64,000 bases of DNA, from the NCBI GenBank assembly GCA_951406725.2, contig OX597819.1, forward strand, positions 3,906,001-3,970,000, in the 5' to 3' direction. The number at the start of each line of letters is the position of its first letter. Positions within the stretch are counted from its first letter, which is position 1. The notes under the pieces are model-generated. The model was given only the letters and a program-made list of their open reading frames with translations, did not search any database and was not told the DNA's origin. Of the stretch, positions 26,140 to 39,847 are shown in pieces. The translations under genes and the position numbers were made by a program. This stretch comes from Octopus vulgaris (taxonomy: Eukaryota).

Positions 26140-26495
26140 TGACAAGGCTTTGGCCAGCCCGAGGCTATAGTAGAAGACATTTGTGCTGGGTGCCACTCGG
26201 TGGGACTGAACTTGGATTAATGTGGTTGGGAAGCAAACTTCTTAATAATTTATTGCTCACAAGGGGCTAAACAAACAAGGACAGACAAACGGATTAAGTC
26301 GATTTCAGCGACCCCAGTGCGCAACTGGTACTTAGTTTACCGACCTTGAAAGGATGAAAGGCAAAGTCGACCCCGGCGGAATTTGAACTCAGAACGTAAC
26401 GGCAGACGAAATACCGCTAAGCATTTCGCCCGGTGTGCTAACGATTCTGCCAGCTCGCCGGGAAGCAAAGTTCTTACCACAGAACTACGCCTGTG
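26140..26495 (-). mobile_element. Family A SINE 5' half, interrupted by a family B SINE
   Basis: A-type sequence at 26140-26244 and 26460-26495 (gggaagcaaa.ttcttaccacag). Confidence 0.85.
26245..26459 (-). mobile_element. Family B SINE with 17-bp TSD
   Basis: Full B monomer; TSD gggaagcaaa(c/g)ttctta at 26228-26244 and 26460-26476. Confidence 0.92.
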
Positions 26496-26578
26496 ACTAC
26501 AGACAGACAGACAGACATACAGACATACATACATACATACATACATACATACATACATACATACATACATACATACAT

Positions 26579-26673
<95 letters not shown>

Positions 26674-26760
26674 TAGATATAGATATAGTGATACAAACAG
26701 CAAAAGTAAAACTCGGAATATGAGTGTATGTATATTTTTATTAACATATAGCAGGAGTAA

Positions 26761-26848
26761 CAGAGTGACTCAAGATCCGACAGTTTCGTGTATTGGCATC
26801 ACTTGATAAGTGCTAACGCACGAAACTTTCGGACCTTGAGTCATTCTG
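26761..26848. repeat. 88-bp hairpin containing a decayed hammerhead-like core
   Basis: cagagtgactcaagatccgacagtttcgtg pairs with cacgaaactttcggaccttgagtcattctg. Plus strand has ttgataa-gtgc-taac-gcac-GAAAC. Confidence 0.8.
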
Positions 26849-26852
26849 CTAA

Positions 26853-26881
<29 letters not shown>

Positions 26882-26883
<2 letters not shown>

Positions 26884-27069
26884 TGCGCGCGTCTTTTTTG
26901 TCTGTATTTGTCACCCACTATCGTTTGACAACCGGTGTTGGTGCGTTTACATCCCCGTAACCTAGTTGTTCGGAAAAGAGACCGAGAGAATAAATATCAG
27001 GCTTAGCAAAAAATTAAGTACTGGGTCGATTCAGCATGGCCCAGTATAATTACTGAAACAAGTAAAAGA
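26882..27069 (+). mobile_element. Family A SINE 3' half
   Basis: ttgacaaccggtgttggtg...ccccgtaac...ttcgg...agagaccga...actgaaacaagtaaaaga. Confidence 0.8.
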
Positions 27070-27136
27070 TATACATATATATCTATATATGTATACTTAA
27101 GTGTGTGAGCGTGTGTATGTGTGTGTGTGTGTGTGT

Positions 27137-27906
27137 ATACGGCAGTAAAACATGGGCTATGACTGCTGAGGACATGCGTAAGCTTGAAAGAAATGAAGGT
27201 AGTATGATCCGCTGGATGTGTAATGTCAGTGTGCATACACGACACAGTGTAAACACCCTGAGAGGAAAGTTGGACATGAGAAGCATCAAATGTGGTGTGC
27301 AAGACACGACTGCCCTAGTATGGTCATGTGTTGTGTATAGAGGAGAACAGCTGTGTGAGGAAGTGCCACACCCTAACTATGGAAGGAACCTGTGGAAGAC
27401 ATGGAATGAGGTAGTGAAGAATGACCTTCGAACATTGGTCCTCATAGAAGCAATGACAGGAGACCGAAACCTTTGAAGATATGCTGTGATTGAGAAGACC
27501 CGGCAACTAAAGTGAGATCGCAGCCATGGCCTATGCCAGTGTTGCATGTCCGGTTCATTTAAGAGTACCCTTGATGCGTCGGGCGATATGACATGCTTGA
27601 TATAAGACGAGGTGAGTCAAGTATAACCAAAATCGTAGCTGTGGCCAGTGTTCCCTGACTGGCTGCCGTTCCAGTGGCACGTAAAAACCGCCATCCAAAC
27701 GTGATCGATGCCAAGCCTGCCTGACTGGCTCCTCTGCCGGTGGCACTTAAAAAGCACCCACTACACTCTCAGAGTGGTTGGCGTTATGAAGGGCATCCAA
27801 CTGTAGAAACATTGCGAGATCAGATTGGAGTCTGGTGCAGCCGCTGGCTCTCCAGACTTCAGTCAAACCGTCCAACCCACGTCAGTTTGGAAAACGGACG
27901 TTAAAC

Positions 27907-27957
<51 letters not shown>
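27137..27957 (+). mobile_element. 5'-truncated RTE-clade LINE (ORF C-terminus, 3' UTR, (GAT)n tail)
   Basis: YGSKTWAMTAEDMRKLERNEGSMIRWMCNVS...YGHV...KTWNEVVKNDLR...DRNL, typical of the RTE post-RT region; ends ggacgttaaac(gat)n. Confidence 0.85.
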
Positions 27958-27972
27958 AAAGGATGATGATAA

Positions 27973-28015
<43 letters not shown>

Positions 28016-28036
28016 TAGATAGATCGATAGATAGAC

Positions 28037-28113
<77 letters not shown>

Positions 28114-29208
28114 TGGATAATGCCGCTAGTTCTATGTTGCATATTGCATGCGGGTTTACTGATATATGTAGGCTAAGAAAGGAATACACAAATGTGGTGA
28201 GAGATATAAGGTGATGTTATTTTACGGTATCATTTTACGACATCCTGAAATCCATTCCTATTGAGCTGTGCTCCTCTGATGAGCGAAACATATTTCGTGA
28301 TGAGAGTAAAATCAATTAAAATGTTTACAAACTTATCTCTTCTTGTAGACTCTGCATTGATTTGAATTTTACCTATCGTTTATCCAAGATATAATGAAAA
28401 TTGACATCTTTGAGCAGCTATTAAACTTTTAATCACTTCTAAGTGATTAAAATGAACACTATCAAGTGTCCATTGACCTTTTTTGTTTTGTTTAATTTTT
28501 TCTTATTTTCTTACCATCAACAAAAATTATGTTAGAAGTGAATCAGAAATTTGTCTTGAGGTGATAAATGGAGGCTTGCGATAACAGCAATATAATGTAA
28601 TACATTCGATGTCTCCTTTCGAGACTATAGAAAATATATTATTATTTTCTGTTTTATAATTGGTCTTATTTGGTTATTTTTCTAAGTATGCAACATAATG
28701 TATGTGAATCAAATACCTAAACCTAAGCTGAAAGTATACAGTTTTGAAAACTTGTGTCTGTAAACGAATACATTCTCTGAACTCAGTACTGTATAGAAAA
28801 GGCCTGCCTGGCAACTAGTGCTATAATTTAGTAAGTTTTGGAAAGATTGAAAGCTAGTTGTTCTGGAAAATCTGAATAGCAAATACATATTAATTCTTTA
28901 TACCAAATACAAGTGTCCAAATCTGAAAACTAAATAGGTATTAACTATTTATACCATATGAAAAACGTGGAAATACGTTGTGTCAGTAATTTAAAACTGA
29001 ATAAAGTTTATCATTTGGAAAGTGTAGCTAACATTATCAACGATCCGTTAACATGAATTAAATGATTTCAAAATATTTTAATTTAATCGTAAGTGTTGAT
29101 AATTTTCTGTGAATTATCAATACATAATATCTTAATCTTTCTTCAGATTTCGAAGTGTCAGCATACTGCGGCAGAGCCCGGATGTATTTTGTTTTTTCAT
29201 ATTATTTA

Positions 29209-29655
29209 AGCTGGAAGAAAAGCGGCGAGCTGGCAGAACCGTTAGCACGCCGGACTAAATGTTTAGCGGCATTTTGTCCATCCTTACGTTCTGAGTTCCT
29301 TCAAATTCCGCTGAGGTCGACTTTGCCTTTCATCCTTCCGGGGTCGATGAAATAAATACCAGTTACGCACTGCGATCGATGAAATTGACTAGTCCATCCC
29401 TATCCCCAATTTGAGGTCTTGTGTCTATTGCAGAAAGGAACATTAGCTGGAAGAATCGCTAGCCTGCCGAACAAAGTGCTTAGTGATATTTCTTCCGGTT
29501 CTTTACGTTCTGAGTTCTAATTCTGACGAAGTTGACATTGCCTTCCAGATTTTCGGGGTTGATAAAATAGTATCAATTGAGCACCGAGGGTTGATGTAAT
29601 CGACTAACCTAGGTCCCCAAATTCCAGGCCTCGCGCCTACATTAGAAACAATTAT
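29209..29655 (+). mobile_element. Two B' SINEs, the younger (~29220-29444) nested in the head of the older
   Basis: 11-bp TSD agctggaagaa at 29209-29219 and 29445-29455; both copies show a B box and Meta-like centre. Confidence 0.82.
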
Positions 29656-30841
29656 TATAACTATCAAAAGGAATTATCATTTAATCAATGCATACCTTGT
29701 TTTGAGTAAGCCTACGCATATTGTCTACGGTAAGAGATGGGGTAATATGCATTGTAGTTTCAGGGTAACATTTAATAACTAACTTCAGAGCGATCATCCA
29801 TTGTATTATTTTGCTTTTTCTAGCTTCTAGTGTGTCCTAGAATTTAAAAAATTACTTAAACAGTTGCTTGGTTAAGAGAGATCTCTCTTTCTGTATTGGA
29901 ACACCAGTTAGTCGAAGGGTAATATTTTAGTACAATACGACTAAACATTTTCCATTCCGGTAGTGATTTATCATTTAGACCCAAGAGTCTCTGTACCTCT
30001 CCAACTGCATTTATTTGCTGCAAAGCAGTCTGGTTTATTGCAAAATGTGTTTGCTCGGTACACTAAATAGCACCAGTGACGAGATATGTAAACCTTTGAC
30101 CGATATTTATTATAAAATATCATCAATTTCTGTAATTCTCTATCTCTTTCAGGTTATTATTATTAGTTTCATGATGTTATTTTCTATTCAGACCACTGAA
30201 ATTAAACAGCTGCTGTCTAACAAACTTTTAACAATTTAAATTTATATCAGCCAACTTTATTGAAGTACTTTCAAGCACTTCACCACAAAATATTGTTCTC
30301 CTTTAGATATTTGCTTAATGTGAAGAAATCCCTTTTAACAAACTTACTTAGCTCTATTGAATCATACATAGGTCAAATGCCCCTTATTGATTTATATGTC
30401 TAATCAATTATTTGACACCTTAAGAGAGTTATTTATAAATTTAGATGTATGTCCTCAAAAGTGAAATACTTAATATTTTGAAAGATCTGTTTGAAATTAT
30501 AAGCTTCATACGCAAGTTCAGTGTTATATACAGTATCATATTACAGAAACGTATGAAATGAACAAAAAATGATTACATGAAATAGTACGGGTTCTTCAAA
30601 GACAAGAATCCAGACGTTCCTTAGATGTACTTTTGAAACGTATTCTAAAATCAATGAAGTTTGCAAAGCTACAAATTTATCTGCCGCGAAAACTTAAGTA
30701 CCTTCTTGAAGTTCTATTACATTATTGGAGATGTCACAATGCGTTCACGTGCATACGAATATATTCATGCACATACTCAACATGCGTGCGCACACATACA
30801 CATATTCATGTACACACATATACATACATACATACATACAT

Positions 30842-30878
<37 letters not shown>

Positions 30879-30976
30879 TATATATGGATGCCTGTATGCA
30901 TTCTCCTATGTATGTATATGTGTGTGTATATTTCTGTGTGTGTTTGCTTGTGTGTGCCTGCATGTGCGCGTGTGTA

Positions 30977-31059
<83 letters not shown>

Positions 31060-31309
31060 GTAAAGTAGAGTGAGAACAATATTAAAAGATAGTAGCAAAT
31101 ATGGAAAATGGGATGGTGAGAAGGATTCGAAGTCTACATTCTCTCATTTAGAAATTGTGCAAGCTTGCCAGTTTTATTTGCTGATGTTACAGTAATGCAT
31201 TGGCTGCGAAGAATATTGAAAGTGTTACAGCGTATGTTGTGTGTAGGGATCGTTAGTGGGAAGATGCTTTGGAAAAGGATGCAGTTGAGAGTGACAGACT
31301 GTCTTAAAA

Positions 31310-31718
31310 TAGAGTGAAATGGGGAAAGAATCGAGCGAACGTGATCGGAAAGACAAAACTGTATCAGGAGGAGAGAGAGAGAGAGAAGGAGGGAGAGAGA
31401 GAAGGAGGGAGAGAGAGAGAGAGAGAGAGAGGCAGAGTAAGAGAGAGAGACAGAGATGTTAAACAAGAAGTTTATACTTCATTTAAACTGAGGGATAGAG
31501 GATTGAGGATGTGAGCGAAGAAGAAGAGAGGGAAGAGAACACATCTCTACTGAGATAGTAGGATAAGGAATGCAGAGAATGAAATAAAAGGGGGTGGAGA
31601 GGAATGAGTGAAGAGAGCTAATATAAATATATAGGGAAGCAGGGAGAAGGGAGAGGAGAGAAGAGAAGCCTAAGAGTCAGATGAGATTAAAGCGAATAGA
31701 ATTTCGGTAATAATGGAT

Positions 31719-31789
<71 letters not shown>

Positions 31790-32420
31790 ATATGAGATTA
31801 AGAAAGAGATGGAGACAAGTAGAAGATGAAAAATAATAATTTGTGAAGGTAGACTGATCTCTAATGGTACAAGAAATGGTGGGGGTAGATAAGTGAAAAA
31901 TGACGAGAGATGAAAGGATTGGAAGGTATTCTGTAAGAATAAAATGGTAGAGCGGGAAGTAGAGGATGGTTAAGTTGCATCAGAGTGAAGATGTAGGACG
32001 GGATATAAGTGAAGGTAGGTGCAGGTAGGCTTGGTGAAGACAGGTTTGAGAAAAATTGGGGGACCAAGAAGAAGAAAAAAATGACTTAATTACAAATAAA
32101 AGAAAGAAGGAAGAGTAAAAAGTGAGTGTAAGTAAATGAATCAATGTAGGAAGAAAACAACGTTTAATCTTTAACGAATGACAGAGAAATGGTAAGAGGA
32201 AAGAGGAAAATGAAGGGGATAGAAAGAGGGGAGGAATTGAGGGAGGAATGTTAGAAGTGTTTGACTGCAAACGATTAAAAGAAACGAAAAAGGGTTTTGA
32301 TTGACTATAACAAAATGGGAGAGAAAAAGTAAAGGTTGAGTGAGAGAGAAAGAGAGAAATGAAAGGTAAGTGGGTTGGGAAGTAATTTGTCGTTGGAAAG
32401 AGGTGAAGATAAAAATACTT
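31310..32420 (+). repeat. ~1.1-kb purine-rich low-complexity tract with (GA)n arrays
   Basis: Strong G/A strand bias; (GA)n at ~31370-31460 and ~31720-31785. Confidence 0.85.
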
Positions 32421-33678
32421 GAAAGCAGAAATTGTTATAAATAAAGAAACAATCTGCTATTGCTTCATATTATAATTTTTTTACTCTAAAACATCTCTCT
32501 GCTCTCTTTTCTTGAATGTTGCTACAATTCCTTCATCATCGCGTTTCTCCATCGTGGCCTTTTTTTTTCTTTCTATCTTGGATATTTCCTTGAGTATTTC
32601 TTAAAATTACCTTTAAACACTAATGTCTTCATACAAGTCTTGATACCCAGTTTTTCTGAACTTATTTTGCTATTAATATTATAGTAGATCGTGAATGATA
32701 GTGTTGAAGGAAGGCAGATATTTTTGCCGGACTTATTAAAGTATTGTTGCATTAGTTTGCTCGCTACATTAGTCTTGTAAGTGTTTTTGCACTTTCACTA
32801 ACTTGTTGTGGCAGTTGTTATTGATATATAATGGAGTGGATAATGACTACGTAATGCTGTTATGATCAATGGTAGTAGAGCTTACTTTCAGTTTTTTTAT
32901 ATATATATATATATTACTCCCTCATGTAATCAATACTGGTGACATTACTTGTGGTGTTCCATCAGCTGCATTTAGATTAGGATTAGGTTTTGCTGTTTCT
33001 GATTACGCAGTGTTGTTTTCGCTGTTGTTGATCAGCTCCGATCGAGTCGACCATCAACAAACACTTCATCCGTAACTATAACACCTTCTTTCAGGCAGTG
33101 AATACATTCTTTTCTTACTTTAATAAAGCTGGGTGTGGTTCTGAAGGGAAGTTAGCTAATGTTTCTAACAGGTCAAATGACTAGGAAAAGGCTCCATTGT
33201 TGGCTCATCATATTGTTAGTGACCGCAACTCTAATACATGTAGTGATTGCTATATCATCATAGCTGTGGTAGCTGCAACGGTAGATGATTTGGTTAGTAG
33301 GTCGAGCAATATTAGTATTATTATTAGTGTTGACCACGTTAGTTATGAAAGTGTTGGAGGAACTGAAGCATTAGCATCAATGTTGTAATCCAGTGTACCC
33401 CTCACATTTGGTCATTTGTTGTAGTTATTGCTGACTATTACGTCACTGATGACAGATTTTATTCAGTGTTTGACTGTGTCTATCTGCCGTTAGATTTTGT
33501 TCAAAAATTCCACTTCTTCATCTAACAGCTGTCACCATCGACATCGGCCATTATTTTTCATTTCTGTATGTTGGTGAAATTTCCAGCGAAACCTAAATCT
33601 GTCGGGACAATCTTAACTTATTAAATGATCATTTCTCTACTAGCAGACTCTCCCTCTGTCTCTCTCTCTCTCTGTCTA

Positions 33679-33736
<58 letters not shown>

Positions 33737-33840
33737 CTTCTCCATCCACCTCTCTGTTTTTCTCACACACATACACGCAAATATGTACACGTTCCTCAAT
33801 CAAAATGCCTCTAGTAGAATTGTTGCTTTTTTTTGCCTAG

Positions 33841-34376
33841 TATAGAACCGGATCTGTCTTTTGCCTAGTATAGTACCGGCTTTCAGAAATCCAGAATTTC
33901 CTGAAATACAAAAATATTGTGCAATATCATGTAATATACTGTACTAGGTATTGAGTAAACAGGCCCCGTTTTTGAAGTTGGTCAATTTGCATACTGTGTG
34001 TTGAAAGTATTCTTGCCCTGTTCTTTTTTTAAGTGGTCTTATAAAGATTAAATATATGATACTTGTCCACAGAAGTATATTCGTTTGTACCTGTATCTTA
34101 AATAAAATCACGTTTTTTTTCTTTCCTTTTTTAAATTTCATTCCATAAACACTATACGCGCGCGGTATGATATATTAAGTGGATTAAGAAATATCAAACA
34201 AACCCTGCTTAAAGGTGAATTAATCTGAATCTGTTAAATACAACTTCTTTAATTTTCATTTAATTTTCATAGTTTACTTTAAGTATATATTTAGACTGTT
34301 TCCAGAAAACCGAAAAATCCAGAAATCCGGGCCACTTCCGGTTGCAAGCTTGCCAGATATTCGGTCCGGTGCTGTA
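33841..34376. mobile_element. Possible decayed Tc1/mariner-pogo-type MITE
   Basis: Left tatagaaccgga resembles the reverse complement of the right end tccggtgctgta; Tigger-like subterminal aatccgg...cttccggt; TA termini. Confidence 0.35.
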
Positions 34377-34731
34377 ATATATCGATTCATAAATTCGAAC
34401 ATGTGTTTCTGATAATGGCATTCATTTTTAGATGTGGATTTAAAACAGAGACACGTGCAGGGTCGCAAAACGTCTCTATGCCAAGAGCCTTTGTAGGATG
34501 GCGCACGTTTCTGCTCAATAGTTTTCTGCATGCCAGAAACTCTTGGGTCGAACTTACGTAGTATATTACAATACGTGCATTTTATAGTGCATATTAGCGC
34601 ACTGCACAACTATCGTTCATTTCTTCTCAAACATTAACGTTATATCGTATATTGTATTCGAACGTGTACACACACACACACACACACACAGGTACTCAGA
34701 GTTGGATGTAAATGAACAAGTGGGTACTAAG

Positions 34732-35117
34732 ACGGCGTGTTGGCAGAATCGTTAGCACGCCGGGCAAAATGCTCAGCAGTATTTCGTCTGCCGCTACGTT
34801 CTGAGTTCAAATTCCGCCGAGGTCGACTTTGCCTTTCATCCTTTCGGGGTCGATATACTAAGTACCAGTTACGCACTGGGTTCGATATAATCGACTTAAT
34901 CCGTTTGTCTGTCCTTGTTTGTCCCCCTCTGTGTGTAGCCCCTTGTGGGTAGTAAAGAAATATGTATTTCGTCCGTCTTTACGTTCTGAGTTCAAATTCC
35001 GCCGAGGTCGACTTTGTCTTTCGTCCTTTCGGCGTCGATAAACTAAGTACCGGTACCGTATGCGGGTCATCTATCGACTGGGCCCCTCCTCTTGTGCTTA
35101 GAGTAGAAATGAATAAG
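34732..35117 (+). mobile_element. Dimeric family B SINE
   Basis: Full B monomer to ...gtaaagaaata, then a headless second monomer gtatttcgtccgtctttacgttctgagttcaaattccgccgagg. Confidence 0.88.
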
Positions 35118-35208
35118 TGGGTAGTTTCGAATTCGTTATTATCAGATTAGCAATTATCCTTGCTTAATATGTTATTTTTTTCCGATATACATATCACAAA
35201 GCTGCAAC

Positions 35209-35590
35209 GGAGCAGGCGTGGCTGCGTGGTAAGAAGTTTGCTTCCAAACCACATTGTTCCGGGCTCGATTTCAGTGCGTAGCACCTTAGGTAAGGGTCTT
35301 CTATCCTACGTTCGAGCCGACCAAAGCCTCGTGAGTGGATTTGGTAGACAGAAACTGAAAGACGCACGCTCGCGTGTATGTGTGTGTGTTTGTCCCCCAC
35401 TACCGCTTGCCAACCGGTATTGCTGTGTTGAAATCACCCTAACTTAGCGATTCGGCAAAAAAGATTGATAGAATAAGTAACAGGTTTTACAAACGTAAGG
35501 ACTGGATTCGATTTGCTCGACTAAAATTCCTCAAGGCAGTGCCCCAGCAAGGCCGCAGTCTAATGACTGAAATAAGTAAAATATAAAATA
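35209..35590 (+). mobile_element. Family A SINE (older)
   Basis: Head, gtgagtggatttggtagacagaaactgaaag, and tail aatgactgaaataagtaaaa. Confidence 0.87.
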
Positions 35591-36419
35591 TAGAAAGTAT
35601 AATATATATTTATATTTATGCATGCATATGTGTGTACGTTTGTACATGTATGTGCGCATGGATATGTATATACGTATATACTAATATACATGCTTGGATA
35701 ATTGCATGTGTGTGTGTGTGTGTGTGAATGTGTATGTGTGTGCGTGCGTGAGAGCAAAAATAGCCTATGAGATCTGTGGCTAAATGAGAAGAGGAAGTGT
35801 ATTATTGCTTTTATGCTCAATATGAGGATGTTGAACTTAGTTTTCAATTCTTCAACGACCGCACCATAAGTTAACGTATTAACGTATTAGTTATACTTGA
35901 ATGAACGTCAAGGAAATGGACTTCACTGTAGAAGCATAAAGTGTTGTGTCTAGTTATTGAATAAAAACACTATTGTATAGATGTATGTACATTTGTGTTT
36001 TAAACCTTAACACGGAACTCTTTATAAGGACATCTCATTTACATAGACAAAATATAACGGAAAAAGTGCGAGTGAAATATAATTTTCTCCAGTCGGCTTA
36101 TATTTATGTGCATGCCTGAGTACAATGAATTAATACATGAATAGCTAAACACATAAGTTAAATGTTGGGTAGGTGTATTTGTAATTCCATGATATATAAA
36201 TGAGAATCTCATTTTTGTTGAAGCATTTTCTAGTGCTCCAATAACTTTATGTACGGACATATCGTGGTTTTCTAAATTTCCATTTCTATTGGAAAACAAA
36301 TTAATTTTGGCCCAATAAAAAAACAATCACAAGATTTTAGAAATCATTATTCCGCCTGAATAAAGTAAATATTACTAAATTAATTCTGCACTTGCATTGA
36401 TGGATTCTACTTGCAAATA

Positions 36420-36840
<421 letters not shown>

Positions 36841-37544
36841 TAGGTAGACAGAGAAAGCTGATAGATATACAAACAGACAGACAGCTAAATAGGTAGACAA
36901 ATTGACAGACAAATAGATAGGTAGACAGAAAGACGAAAACAGAAAGACTGGTTAAAGTGTGCGTGTGTTGTTTATATCTCGTCACTTTTATGCTTGAAAG
37001 CAAAAAGAAAAAAAGAAGAAAAAAGAAAGAAAGAAAAGGGAAAAGAATGGGAAGGGGGACAGATTTATAAGGGCTTTCACACAGCTAAGAACATGATGAC
37101 AGTAATTCCTACTCGGAAATATCAATTAAATATGATAATCTAATACAAAGAAAATAAATCTTGCTTCAATTGTTAACAGCGAATGTTACCATGCATGGTT
37201 CAGTGATGCGTAATAGGATGATTCGAAGTTGCTATCGATCAGCTCGAACGTTTAGCTACAAGTGAGATTATAGCAAATTCTATTTTATACTTACAAGATA
37301 GATAATCGTTTTTGAGCTCTTATCTTTAACATACAGATTGTTTGTTTGCACTGAAATGAATCAGAGAGATGGCTGAGCTGGAAATAAAGACCTCCACTGA
37401 ATATTTATTTTTAGCTGAGTGAATCGTCCTGGAAGTGGTAACCGGAAACATTGAAGGCTTGAATGGATTAAATAGATTCTAGACGGTTGTTTCGGTATCA
37501 ATAAATCATAAGAAAAAGAAAATTAATCATAACTTCAAGAAATA

Positions 37545-37932
37545 AGCGCAGGCATGGCTGTGCCGTAAGAAACCACATGGATCCCGGCTTCAGTCTCACT
37601 GCGTGGCACCTTGGGTGAGTGTTTTCAACTACAGCCTCAGGCCGACCATATCCTTGTGAGTGGATTTGATAGATAAAAACTGAAAGAAGACCGTCGTATA
37701 TGTATGTGTGTGTGTGAATGTGTTTATGTTTGTCCCCCACTATCGCTTGCCAACATATGCTATTGTGTTTACGTCCCGGTAACTTAACTGTTCGGCAAAA
37801 GAGACAGATTATCGAATAAGTATTAGGCTTACAAAGAATAAGTCCTGGGGTCAAATTCTTCGACTAGAAAACCGTTAAGGCGGTGCTCCAGCATGGCCGC
37901 AGTCAAATGACTGAAACAAATAAAAGAATAAA
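37545..37932 (+). mobile_element. Family A SINE
   Basis: Head to tail aligns with the 16094 and 56042 copies. Confidence 0.88.
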
Positions 37933-38225
37933 ATAATAAATATACCAGATTGTGTGTAAATCACTAACTTGATTAGTTTAAAGTTGTGTTCGGCACGTTA
38001 AGTGCCTTTAACACTTGTTTCCTGTTATATCATATGTAAATATCATATGTAAAATTTAACTGCATGAAGAGAGTATTACATTTTTACAAAGAATATAAAA
38101 GATGGATAAGATTTCCCTCAAAATTGTTGAGGTCACAACCTAAGGAAATGGATTTCTATGGAGAGCAAGTTGTGGAAAAGAAGAATAGTTCCGGTTCAGG
38201 TTTTAAAAGATTTCAATGTAAATTA

Positions 38226-38550
38226 GGCGCAGTCAAGGCTGTGTTGTAAGAAGTTTACATCCAAATTATATGGTTCTGGGTTCTATCCCACTGCGCGGCA
38301 CTTTGTGCGAGTGTCTTCCACTATAACTTCGGGTCGACCAAAATCTTGTGAGGGAAACTGAAAAAGAAGCCCTTCTGCTTGTGTTTGTCCTCCACAACTG
38401 CCTGACACTCGGAGTTCGTTTATTTACATCTTCCTTATCTAGCGGTTCAGAATAAGAGACTGATATATGTTCCTGGCCTAAATGTAACAACTAGGGTCGA
38501 CTCGTTCGGTTGAAGCCCCAGAATGGCCGTAGTTCAATGACTGAAACAAA
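38226..38550 (+). mobile_element. Family A SINE, degraded
   Basis: gggttctatcccactgcgcggcac...gaaactgaaaaagaagccc...atggccgtagttcaatgactgaaacaa. Confidence 0.72.
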
Positions 38551-39066
38551 CACAAAACAAAAGAATATTTCCATAAATCTAAATCCGTTTCTTTTGCTTT
38601 GAATCAACGCATCCCATAGACAAGTAATCTTTCTAGGAATAAATGTTTGTAATGTTGTATGGTTGGACATCGTAATGGATATTTTAATACTATTTGCTTT
38701 CATACATGTTAGTTTTATCAACTTGATTGAATATCAAGGTAATTAATTTTTTGGCTGAGATTTGTAAACATTATCTTCATAATTTTGTAGTTAATTAATT
38801 ACTATAAAATGAACCATTCAGTTATAATGGATTCTATCTGATCTCAACGATAATTTGAATGATAAGTTGATAATATGATAGAATTGCAGTAAATAATATA
38901 GTATTTATTTTTATTTTTATCAATTTATGAAACAATAGGTTAAAAATTTTAATGCAATCCGAGACTAATTAATCTTCCTCAGACACATAAAGAATCAGTG
39001 AATGAGTAAGAGTGTGTGCGTATGTGTGTGTGTGAGGGAGTAAGAAGTGAGAGAGAGAAAGCGAGT

Positions 39067-39103
<37 letters not shown>

Positions 39104-39424
39104 CTAGTGAAAGAGAGTGAGGTCTTCGTTAGGAAAGCAGAGTTGTAGACGTAAATTGCTGGTAATGCACACAAACATTGAACATATATGACAGCGGGCA
39201 AACTAATCAAAACAGATTAATCAAAAACTATCAAAATCATTGCAGAAGCCGGAGCTGCAGAAGTTATCTCCTATGTTAGGCGATATTTTGCTGTGACAAC
39301 AATCTATCCATCTATGGCCTCGGGTGGTTACCCGGTTGAAAACCACACACACACACACACCACCACCACCACCACCACACGCACGCATATACACATAAAC
39401 ACACATTGTCTCTCTCTCTCTCTC

Positions 39425-39770
39425 TCAAAGCCTTCTTGTCTACCATAACAATTTTGATATGTCCTATTTGTAACTCGACATCACGAGATAGTTGATCAAT
39501 GTATGTCATTCTGGGTCATCCAACATGAGAATTCCCATGCCTCAAAATCCATAGAAGGAGCTCACTCACAGATCCATCTTTGTTTCGATGGCAGTGACCA
39601 GCATATGTTATACTCCGCTCTCGAATGATTGATAATACGTTGGGAGATATTACCACTAAACCCTTCTTTCGTTGGACGTTGTTTCCATGTTTTGTCGACA
39701 ACAGCATGAAACATACGTGTACACGTCCCATCAAGCTTTCTACTCTTTCTACATATTTTTGTCATAGTCC
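39425..39770 (-). mobile_element. RTE-type LINE 3' ORF fragment
   Basis: KLDGTCTRM...TWKQRPTKE / IIRERSITYAGHCHRNKDGSVSELLLW...HG...PRMTYIDQL, characteristic of the RTE C-terminal region; frameshifted. Confidence 0.8.
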
Positions 39771-39847
39771 ATGCTGAATATCTGTAAAGAAGAACTGATT
39801 ATGCTGAAGAATTCACTTTTCATACGCTCAGGAAATAATACATTAAG

